Assembly (NCBI GenBank): GCA_030141605.1
Contig: JAQGDQ010000805.1
Span: 29,744-93,743, forward strand
Direction of reading: 5' to 3'
DNA length: 64,000 bases
Origin: Tubiluchus corallicola
Taxonomy: Eukaryota; Animalia; Priapulida
Shown: in pieces, positions 52,916 through 64,000 of the stretch
Position numbering within the stretch: position 1 is the stretch's first letter
Layout: each line of letters begins with the position of its first letter
Made by a program: the position numbers and the translations under genes
The notes under the pieces: model-generated
What the model saw: the letters and a program-made list of their open reading frames with translations, nothing else
Databases searched by the model: none
What the model was told of the DNA's origin: nothing

Positions 52916-55437
52916 AAAGGAAAAAGACAGAAAGATATGAGAAGAACGAATAATGTGCAGGCAAACTAAAGAAAATGAAAAGGTGAGCGAAAAGTGCGAA
53001 GCCATCATTATACAGCTAAAATGTGGCTTTCTGGGTGACAATGATTTAAATGTGCGTTGTGAGTTATAATTATGTGATTAATGTCATTTTGCTACGTTGA
53101 AGTTTATTCAAGTAACAAAAAGATAAACTTAAAGGCATATATAACCCCAACATATATTGAAGTTTTTAACACGTTATTATGATTACACAAAGAATTTATA
53201 GTTGTTATTAAACAAAAGAAACTTAATTAAATAACTTACATTTTTCTGGCGAATTTCCAATGCGTGCATTGCCGTAAAGATCACCGTAATGAAAAATGGC
53301 GGTTCTTCAAATTTAAACCGCTAACAACGAAGTGATAAAAACTCGAAGGAAACAATAAGTTTCACAGTAAGTTTATAATAAAATAGTTTGAATACTCGTA
53401 ATGAGAATAGGGTTTTAAGTTGTAAAAGCTGATGTTATAGTTAGGGTTTAGTTTGACTTTAAACTTTTCAATGTCAGTTATGCACACTAAAGTGCACATT
53501 AATAACAAGCTCAGTTACTGCAAGTCAGTTATATTGCATATTATAAAATCAGTAGCAAATAGCATAAATCACCGCCTCTCCGGTAAAAACGAGTCTAAAT
53601 AATTGTTATGTCACCAGCACTGCAATATAGTCAACCACATAAAACGAATTAGTGTCAAGTTGTCAGAACAAAGACCGCGCGAAATAAACTATCGATTCCG
53701 AGCAAAGCCAAATAAAACGTCCAGTTTAGTGGAAGCCTCTTGTGCTGTGTAAATTTCTCAGGTAACCAGAGATTTTAGCAGGCAAATTATCTGCTTTGCA
53801 AAGGCTACAAAAAATTCCATGCACTTCATGAAAGATCAGTTTTGTTTAAACTCATCCAAAGAGGAAAAGGAAGGAACAAGGAAAGAAAACATACTTGCTC
53901 CAAGAACCTGGTTCTTGTATACATCACCTAAAAGGCCATTGAGGGAGCTCAGTTTAGGGACCTCATATTCTACTACTCGGATTCAACCATGAAACCTTAT
54001 TAAGACTAATCATGTTATATCACCTCGTCATTTCATGCCATGTCATGTAATATCAGGTTATGTCACAACATGTCAAATACCTTGTCATAATAAAAACTCA
54101 GAGAACTAAGTCTCAACAATTCGTGAAGGAGTTTAACAGAGTTTAACGACAAAACATCATGTCATGTCATATCAAGTCATGTCAGGTACAGTGACAGTAT
54201 GTCATGTCATAACATGTCATATATCGCGTCATGTCATGTTATGTCGTAAAATATCATATATCATGTCTTAATTAAGACTCTGAATACTCACCATTTTGAA
54301 GAAGCCGAAGACGTAGTTCTAGTATAGAACTTCATTATTTCCTCACTAATATCTCTACCATGTCACGCCCTGTCTTGCCATGTTGTGTCATGATAATATC
54401 TCTCAACACTGAATCTCAACATTTTATGGAAGCCACTAATAGGGTTCAACGTGGAACGTCATTGCTGACTAACATTCATCTCATTCCATGTTGTTAAATA
54501 TTGACCACTTGTCAGAATGTTTGTAGTAACAGTCAGAGACAGTGAGAGTTAAGGCTAATCAAACATTGAATTTAGGTCACATTAGGTAACAAACACAGAT
54601 ATTTTCAATGCAGTATAATAACAACTATTTATATGAATTTTTACATTTACGTATTACATGTACTATTTACAACGTACAGCCAGGGCCGGATTATGACCTT
54701 TGGGGATAATGAAATTATGGCCCCCTCAGATGGAGCCACCCTCTAACTCACCTACACCCGTCTTGAAAAATTTTTACTATTTATATTTAATTTTATATTA
54801 AATGATATATTTTACTGACATTTACATAACTTGAAGTAAACTTATTGCAAATTGCTTAAATAAACTAGAATACCTATCCTTTGTTTGTCAATAAAAATAC
54901 TATTTTTACTATTTATTGCAAACCAAATTAGCACATATTTCAACACAATCATAGTAAAAAACAGAAGTTCAAAGTGAGAATCCTGTGATGTGCCAGTGCG
55001 CTGAGTCTCCGCCAGTTAGATTTAAATATGATAATTAATAGACTTTGAAAATATACTTAACATGTTTTTAAACTGAACGTTGCATTGCAGTATGCATTGC
55101 TGTATAACATAATGGAGTTTGCATTAGCGCACCGGTTCACCCTTAGAAAAAGTTGAAATCCAAGTTTAAATCTGAGCCGACAGGCCCGACAGGTATAACT
55201 TATTGTATATTTGCTCGACATTATTGCTGTGAATTTTAGTTGTTGATTCTAGGAAGGAGAGCGAGGTTTGCGTTGTGTTGTGTTGCTCGTTATTTATGAT
55301 TTGTCTCGCAAAATTGAACGTATACGTACAACGAGTCAAAAGTTTAGAAATAGACCATATTCTTGCCGTTTAAAGGCCATGAACATATCCACGTAGTTTA
55401 TGGTGTCATTGTTTATGGAAATGAGTAAGAAGCGTAA

Positions 55438-55640
55438 CGGTGCGTTCAGACTAGAGAGTGTGTTCACTGAGAGTAAACTCGCAAGTGTGGACGGCTTTAC
55501 GAGTTGCCTTGGCAAGTTATTGCAAACTCTCCAACAGTTGCTGAGAGTTCTCTCCCGCGCTTCTTGCAGACAAGCTTTACTTATTGCGAGAAGTCTCAAA
55601 GAGAACTCTCGAGAGAAAACTCTCTAGTCTGAACGCGCTG
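55438..55640. mobile_element. PIF/Harbinger (Tourist-like) MITE
   Basis: 22-bp TIR cggtgcgttcagactagagagt / actctctagtctgaacgcgctg (2 mismatches), flanked on both sides by a TAA direct repeat. Confidence 0.85.
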
Positions 55641-56809
55641 TAAATTTCGGAATTGTATATCATCTGGCGCCTCTACACGCCTCTACGTTAAATTGCTATA
55701 AGCTCTAATTTCTCGCTTTTCATACGTCATTCATGTATCTGTTTATAGGCTTATACATTGGCACATGGCCTAACCACAGCTGCATAGCGTGAGTGTCAAA
55801 TGTATCAACAGACAGTTCCATGTTTTTCTTATCAGGGATTCTCCCCCTCCGTCCGTTTACATTTCACGTATTAGCTATTGGTTCATCTAGAAGTAGTGCT
55901 CGGAGGGTTAGGCATTCAAGGGCACAATCATGCATGACTGTGTAAGTTTACATGCTTGTAGAATCTATAGCGATTAATATACGTAGTTATGGTCATACAG
56001 ACAGATAGACAAACAGCGGTTATTGATTTGACCGACTCACTAGAGTAGAATCACTCTAACCGGTAACTTTTTGAAGTTTAAAATGTTAGTAGTGTAAATA
56101 ACGAACACAAATGGAAATCATTTCGGAGGACCCACACACCCCACATAACTCACTCTTCTGATAAGACCTTAGGATCCTTTTTATGTATTTATAGTAAACT
56201 TTAAGACAGTTTTTGTTATTATTTAATTGTTATATTATTCATTGTGTGACATCTGCTAAATTTGTGAGTATATGTCTTGGTTCATATGTATTTGCATGTA
56301 TCGTGTATTAGTTTTAAAAACTGCCTAATTTGAAGTAAATAAACTATGTTTAAAATAATTCTCTCCACTCATCGGAATACAAGTTATAATGTGTGAAACC
56401 GGGTCCTCGAGTTAGACTGCTGTCATCTAGCGTCCAGTCAGGGGTAACACAACTGGTTCTTCAACCTCTCGGGTTTCACTTGGTAAACAGTTTGCACTAA
56501 TCCATAACGTTAACAGGACTCAAGAACTATCCCGTATTATCATCATGCTGCGTGAATGCTGCTACTAACTTCCCGGCCTTCACTTACCGTCTAACTGATG
56601 GGTTATATCATTCATCGCCTGTTTAATTTGCTAATATTCTCAGACTTTCTCCGAGATAAACATTTCTTGAAATCTTTTCGCTGGTGATGTTGTAAACGGC
56701 TTTTTAACTTCTGCACCTGAAGTTATACTGGCAAAAGTAATGATGCCAGTAGCAGTTCTGACATTGCTGTAAAGTAGAACAAAAATGTGATAATTCAATT
56801 CAATTACCT

Positions 56810-57430
56810 TTTATTTCAGCATCAAAATTGTCCCAAATACACTAAAAAGGTAAAATACTACACTCATACATTCACATAAAATACCAACTCTACTAATTAC
56901 ATGCAAGAAAAATTTAAAAACTACCAACATCAAATAAAAAAAGCGTCCACAAACAAAAAATGAAGTACACCATACATCAGACTCATTTGCAATATTTGCC
57001 ACCAAAGCACTGCTAGATTGCACAATTCTGGAAAGCAGACTATCATAACACTTGAGTTTTATATGAATAGAATTTAGAAGAGATAAATCTACACGCACCT
57101 GAGATGCACTACAAACATGTTTAAGTTTAAAAATTTCCTTATACGATCGGTGTATGACACCCTAAGTTTCTCTAGAACTTATTTATCAAAATTAACTTAC
57201 AGTAAACAATTACAGCACGTACAGCAGCACAGCAAATAGGAGTTACAAAAGTAACTTTTAAAGAGAAATGATTTAACATAAGTAAAACAGTTACTAAACT
57301 TCTTTATTAAAGAACTGATGTGGACAAATAACTGCGTTCGATTCATGATATCTTCATTATCTTTCAGATCATTGCGCATAGTATAGCCAAAGTATTTATG
57401 CATGGGTACAACCGGTATCACAGCCGGCAT
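56810..57430 (-). mobile_element. LINE 3' fragment, same group as 8300-8830
   Basis: KYFGY..RNDLKDNEDI...KKFSNC..YVKSFLFKSY. Confidence 0.6.
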
Positions 57431-60101
57431 GATGAAAAAACACCCGTCTTTAACTTTTATTGTTGTTCTGGATTGTAAATAAACTTTAACTTCTGTAATT
57501 CTTTGGTTATGACATTTAGTTTTGATGTTTAAACGTCAGTTCTTGAAATTAATCATGTCATTTTAAAAGTGGGTACTGGTGATTTCTTTTCTTGTTAAAC
57601 TTCGGTTTCCCAGTCATAACTTTGTGATAAAAAAAACCTTTATAACTACACAGACAATAGAATTAAGTAACAGGAACGATTCACGCTTAGCCAAAAAGGA
57701 AAACTCGTCAGCAATGCACAAGACTAAAATCCGTACTGTAAAGACGATATTAAAAGAAAATTCCACTGATTAGAAATCAGAAAAATTGATTCAGCACGAT
57801 ATTTTATACTACAGGTACTATTATTATTATGCGAAAGAAGTTTTAAAAGCTGAAATGGAAATTTTTGCATTTTTCAAAAACAGTATAAAATCTCTGAGTT
57901 ACACAATAACAAAAAATTAAAAAATAGTACAGATTCATGTTGCTCTAACCTCAATAATATCAAGTAAGCTAATAAGTATTGTAGACTGTGTTTATAATCA
58001 TGCATAGCTTTTTTTACTGTTTCTTTTGTTTACAACTATTACAATATATATTGTGACTTTTCGTTAGAAACTTTGGACAAAAATCAATGTGATGATCCCT
58101 TCGGTGCGCAGTCATTCTTTGCAAATCTATTACTGACCATAGATCATTAAAAATCGCTCAGAAAACTGCACTAGCATAGCGTTATTATTATGCAGATAAT
58201 TGCAAAGTGATTTTTCGCAAATTATATGAACTACAGTCAATAAATCATAAAGATAACTGGTTCGTAACGAAATATTTTCTTGATTGCGTGACAGTGCCAT
58301 CGATTGTCGATTGCCATCAAGGAAAATTGTCGATGAAAATTAAAAAATCGTTACTTTGTCGTTAATTAAAGCGAATACAATTAATTAATTAAACTCGTAA
58401 AAATACAACTCTTTTTAATCAATAAGCTTCATGCATTGCTGTTTACAGACGTCCTGCACATAGATTAATGTTAGAATAAGCTGTAATGGGACTACACAAA
58501 TGCTAGTAAATTTTTTGGCAGTTATTTTTGTGGGCATATTACACAGACGCACACACTCTATCTAGCATACCTGATAATTCCAGAATGTTGGTAAACAAAA
58601 ATTGACATTCATTTTTTTCACTAAAAAATCGCTGACAAGAATAAAAAAACATAACGCATTTATGACTTTGGTTAAATAACACAATTGCACCCATAACACA
58701 CGGTTTTTACCGAAATGCGTACCATTCGTTTCACTTTGTTTTAATCTAGTGCAGAACTAAGAGCCATCTACAGATATTGACCATCAAAAATGAATTATAG
58801 CTTTAATCACAAAATAAATTTGATCGGCAAAAATCGATTCATTCATGGAAAATCTCAATAAGATCGGAAATTTCAAAGTCAAAATTGCAATATTTGCTGA
58901 ATTTGTTCTAGTTTACACATGTAGGCCTATCAGCCCTGTATTAACATTAAGCAAAATAAGTGCGTGGTTAGGTGTCTCAGGGGAAGAGAGACCCAACATA
59001 ATTTTTCAAATCGAATAATTACCAAAAAATACCAACAAATAAAAAACAAGAATATGTGTGGCGGCGGATGTGCTGAACGGATATGCTGATGTGCTGAAAC
59101 CTTTATAAGTTTTAAAGTTGTGTCAATATTTTTATTCTAATATACTTTTAATCTAGTACCACCTTGGCATTTACTGTAGATAAATCTTTTCATTTCGAAA
59201 GACGAAATTTCATTTTACAGTTTAGTGTTATTTTTATTCTTTCTGAAAATTTGATCAAGTGACGGTGCCAAGGTTATCTTTTCATTGCTCAGAGCCACAT
59301 GAGGCATTGAGGCCTATATACTATATGCATCCTCAGTGGGGAAGAGGTCTTACAATTTATGTTAATAATTATAAAGAAATTGGCCTCTAATTGCAAAAAT
59401 ACACTTCGTATACAGTAGGCCTATACACATGAAGGATATGGAAACTGCAATAATTTCTACTATATATAGCTTTGCAAATTTTGATTATCTGACAAACTTC
59501 ATTATACGACCATGACGCGTTTATGAATTTTGGTCAGAAGACTCCTGTGAAAAGATAACGTGATGGCAGTGCTAGTGCACTTTAAAACCCTAGAAGTGCG
59601 CTCATACGAACTAGTGACTGCTTCTTTTTATTTTTTGGAAATGTCAAGAACCATACACACACACGCACACAGGCAGTCATGTACTTAGCTGACATGGTAA
59701 ACATTAGCATTTTCTATTTACTCAGCAGAATTACCTTAGGGAAAGAGAAAATAACAGCGTGATTCTCAGTGCCCATTAACTATCTATTACTCAAGATAAC
59801 AACTTAGTTATTACCACAGTACTTCATTAATTTAGCAAGCGCAAAACAAATTAAACGAATTAAGCCTGCAATGTCTTCATTCCCTATAAAATTGCCAAAT
59901 GTTTTTGCGCACTAAACCCTTAAGCGCCAAAGACAACTGTCACTGCTGGTGCCAACTGTGCTGGTTTTCTAGCATTACTACTGAGCTAACAGCTAGAGGT
60001 ACTTTAATGGAATCTTCCACAGTTAGTATGTTTACTCGCAGTAGACATTGAACTACCCGCAGATGAAATTTTGCAATGCTAAGTAGGAGAATGAGGAGAG
60101 G

Positions 60102-60140
<39 letters not shown>

Positions 60141-60763
60141 TGCATACGGGATAGGAGAACGATAGGAAGACGGCTGTTTTAATATGAATCTATTGGGAAG
60201 CCGTGCGCCATTTCATTGCTAACGTGCACTGAAGGTTTTGATTTTCTGGTAATTTACCGTGGCTTCTTGAAGGTTGTGCACAAGGTTTGTTTTCATGGCT
60301 TCGTGGTGTCTTGATGGATCGTAACTTAAATGTGAGTTTTCAAAGGCTTATCAAGGTGACTGGATGTCTCTAAAAGAGATAGCTAACATTTTTAAAAGAA
60401 GACAGCAACAAACATACTTGAAGCAACATATGACGTAATTATTATGAAACATTTTTATTCAGTGTTATCTCTTTGTTGCTATATAACTTATTACATAAAC
60501 ATTCAATGTTGTAAGCTATATGCCAGAATCTGAAAATTCCAAGTTGTCACATTTACTCGTGTTGTTCAGGTTATAAATCATTTTTAAATTATTTTTGTAT
60601 ATTGATTATAAATTTCTTAATTTATCGATAATATTAGTTATAATCTTTTTTGTAATCAACTAACGGAAAACTTTTTGCAGATAAATAATAAATGTCTTTT
60701 CAGATGCAGATTGAAGTCAATGAAAACGTGTGGCACGTAATCTCGCTAGTACATTAGATCTAC

Positions 60764-60970
60764 CTCGCACTCCTGAATAATTTTCCTGACGTAATTGTGT
60801 CCAGGTCTGTTCTTATTAACATCAGCAACGTGAAACTGTGTACTTGTAATGCACAACACACGGTCTCTCTTCACGTGAATGACCAGCTTGATGACAGGTT
60901 GAATGTGGAGCAATCGAATGCTCTCATGACATGGCATGTCGATCAGCTTGCCAACGTTTAGTTGTATTTT
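60764..60970 (-). CDS. Candidate exon of an unidentified gene
   Basis: tacag| acceptor, GAG|gtagat donor, 207 nt open in phase 0 (KIQLNVGKLIDMPCHE...RKIIQECE). No recognised homology. Confidence 0.3.
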
Positions 60971-61047
60971 CTGTATTAAACCACACGATATAATGTCACG
61001 ATAGCTGTGAAAAATGACTCTAGTTGTGTCATAGTGTTGCCAGTTTT

Positions 61048-61183
<136 letters not shown>

Positions 61184-63122
61184 ACAGAGAAAAATTCAGT
61201 CTTTGCTGTCTTACTTTTGAGTTTACGGATGTTTACTATTAAGCATCTCATAAGAGCAAAACATATGCCATGCCTTTCTTCATTGAATCTATTTCTTGGT
61301 TCTGCGCTGAAGATCTGCAGAGTAATTCAATTATCGTTACGGAAATAACACGTCGTGAGAGAGTACGTCTTACACTATCCACTACTGAAATGTTAGTGCT
61401 ATTCGTTACTATTTCTTGTAATGAGAAAACTTTAAGCGAAAAATTTGACAAGCTCGTAAAGGAAACCATAAAACTTTTCTAATGCAAATCTGAGATGTAC
61501 TATAACTTTAACGTGTAAAATGAAGAAAGAGAAAACAGTTGCTTCAAGAATAGAACGTTACATTATTGCTGTTTGCTTTTCCAAAATTCGTATTGTTGTT
61601 GGTATCAATAAAATTTCCTAAAAGTGGTTTATTTAGTTTTGTTATTTACCGTTTAGAAAAGCAATTTATTCACATAGTAGCCATTTTGAATACGAAAACG
61701 TAAAACTTGCATTTTTTGTCTACATACATAAACCGTACATATGTGGCATTTTTAGGATGGTAGAGCAAGCACGTCAGCAAAAGAAATAGAAAGAAATGCT
61801 TCATACAATCTTCAGCATTCAACGGTATCACTAATTTGCAGTTGTAGTTGAACCGGAAATTAGTTCATTATTAAAAGCAATCCACTCGACTAAGATAGGA
61901 GATACAGTATACATCCTAGCGGTCACCCACTTCTTTCCCAGCTAGGTTCAGTGAGCAAAACGTACGCTGCGATCACTCGGTATCTACCGTTGGCGGCAAC
62001 TTTACCTAACCTTGTCAACAACCTCGCGTCCATGACTTTTAAAGTTGCTGAATGCAGTAAAACAAAAGTTAAATGCAGTAGTTCTGAATTTAAGACTTTA
62101 AATAGCATCTCCGATAATCAACAACGCGTGGAAAGTGGGCACGCGGCAAATTTTGTTAGGAACAATAATGAAACAAAATTCACGGTGGCGCCTTTAGTGT
62201 GAACGAATTATGCGCATCCCGGCTTTAAATTCAAATTTATAAAATACTGTGATATTTTACATGCATTTAAGTTTCTGAGAATAAAAAATCCGTGGCCAAC
62301 CGAAACCTCAATCACAATGCACTAACGCTAACAAGTAGCTATGTTGAAATTTGATACCGGTGCCACATTTATAAATGAATCACGTGTGACCTGATCTAGA
62401 TTAAAAAAAACATTTTTATTTGCCCACTTGCATTAAATAAAGCATAACTATTAGCGGTTTATACACATAGAAAGAGCAAAATATTAAAACAGATGGAAAT
62501 GTGAAAGGTAGTAACAAAATTTATCTGTGATCTAAAAAATACCAGGTCTTCTAGCTCATCCAGCTAAATCACACAGTAACTGGTTTCAGAACATGATTCT
62601 ATTCGCAGAGCAATTGTCTCACCGGTTTCCATCTTAGATTACTATTGATTTTCTTTATTCGTGGTAATTTTGTGCTTAATGGATTTAAACTGACCTATCT
62701 TCACTCACAATTAATTATTTGGAGACAATTCATTAGGTTCAACTTTCGATAATTATATGCTGTACTTGTTAAGTTTACTCAGCAGATATTGCTCTGTATT
62801 CATAATCTTTTCGTAGCCTGTCGTCACAAAAGCAGCTTATGGCTCTCTTACTTTACTAACCAAGCATCACAGGAAGTCTGAAGACCTCCATTTCCTCTGA
62901 TTATAACGTTTTCCAGTCAAAAAGAACTGAATTAAGAAAAAAAACTTTAAAAAGTTGTGGTTGTCATTTGCAAAACGTTTGAAAAGTTGTTTGTTTTTTA
63001 TTGCAATCATTACATTTTTTCCAATGTGTAACTATATGTGGAGTTTCGATCTTTTTTACTCAAAGTTTGAATATCTTCATAATTTTTACCAAAACAAGAA
63101 GAAAACAACCTTGTCCTTTTAC

Positions 63123-63328
63123 CCAAAATGGGGTTATATCTTCTTTAGACGTTTTCTTCAAAGTTACATGGCCGACCTTTACCCTAATACACATGCACGT
63201 AGAATACCAATGAAACCAGCAAATTTTTTGCAAGTTCCAATCCTCATAAGTCGTATGTTCCACACTGCAGGCAAAGTGTGTGGTTTCATCAAGGGAAATG
63301 TTGTGAAAGAACAGCTGTTTGATATTAT
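63123..63328 (-). CDS. Candidate exon of an unidentified gene
   Basis: taatag| acceptor, TGG|gtaaaa donor, open frame ending in phase 0 and compatible with 60970-60764. No recognised homology. Confidence 0.25.
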
Positions 63329-64000
63329 CTATTACAGAGTAATTCATTAGCGATTATGCCGTAAGCATTTCTCAAGACATTAGTGAAATGCTTTCCACAT
63401 AATTGCAGGTTTTTTATTTAAATGCAAAGTTGTTGCGCATATATGTATACCATCAACAAGCAAATATGGAACTGTTCATAATAATAATAATTAGAGCAAC
63501 AGATACTAAAAGTTATTAAAATATCGGGTATTAACAACAACTCACATTTAAGTTGCATGGCGTGTATAGGCAGGTTTCTGTAGTTGTTTGCACATGTTAA
63601 AAGAACTTGTAGGAATTAGATCTGATTGGTCAAAGCATACCATTCAGGAGAAACTGATAAACTTACATCAAGTTTAATTTAAGACAGTTTTGTTGGATAT
63701 AGTAAATATACACAATAACGAAATTCATCGCACGCTCCATTCACAGTGGCTCTCCTGTAAAATAGTTTACTATCTTGGCCGCGAGAAGGTGCTTTTGTGT
63801 GTGAAGAACCAAGATCACGTTTACACGACAATGCTTCTCGATTTGCACCAACTTGCAACTTTAGGAACTGATTCCAAAGTTTATCTGAACATTTCTGAAT
63901 TTGACAGCAAGAACAGGACTTTCGAAGTTCGTGTATTACAACTGTTGGGGTTTCTCAGGTAAATTCTCTTTAAAATGAATTCCAAACACTTCCCTAAAGC

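Noticed and set aside
53896-53920. Possible minus-strand micro-exon (ttttag...gtatg)
   Set aside because: Too short, no recognisable protein and no linked exons; compatible with chance.
55336-55627. Overlapping ORFs on both strands
   Set aside because: They coincide with the Tourist-like MITE and show no protein features.

Overview
AT-rich, intron-rich, microsatellite-rich animal (invertebrate-like) nuclear DNA; it is not prokaryotic. I assembled two complete spliced genes by hand from splice sites and phase continuity, arranged tail-to-tail about 2.2 kb apart. (1) + strand 377-27669: a 17-exon protein-glutamine gamma-glutamyltransferase (transglutaminase, ~842 aa) with an intact Cys/His/Asp triad, an unusual N-terminal exon encoding ~22 PPV[E/Q] repeats, and one GC-AG intron. 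(2) - strand 39050-29868: an 8-coding-exon GH18 chitinase-like protein (~968 aa) whose catalytic motif is degenerate (FDGLDIHWSYP instead of FDGxDxDWEYP). It is followed by a ~530-aa Ser/Thr-rich stalk with internal peptide duplications and a GPI-signal-like C-terminus. Introns and intergenic DNA carry a decayed Penelope-like element, hAT, PIF/Harbinger-type and other MITEs, LINE fragments, tRNA-derived SINEs and many simple repeats. About 39.1-60.7 kb has no recognisable coding sequence; weak candidate exons of an unidentified third gene lie at 60.7-64 kb. Most ORFs in the supplied track are repeat artefacts. No database searches were run, so family calls rest on recalled motifs.
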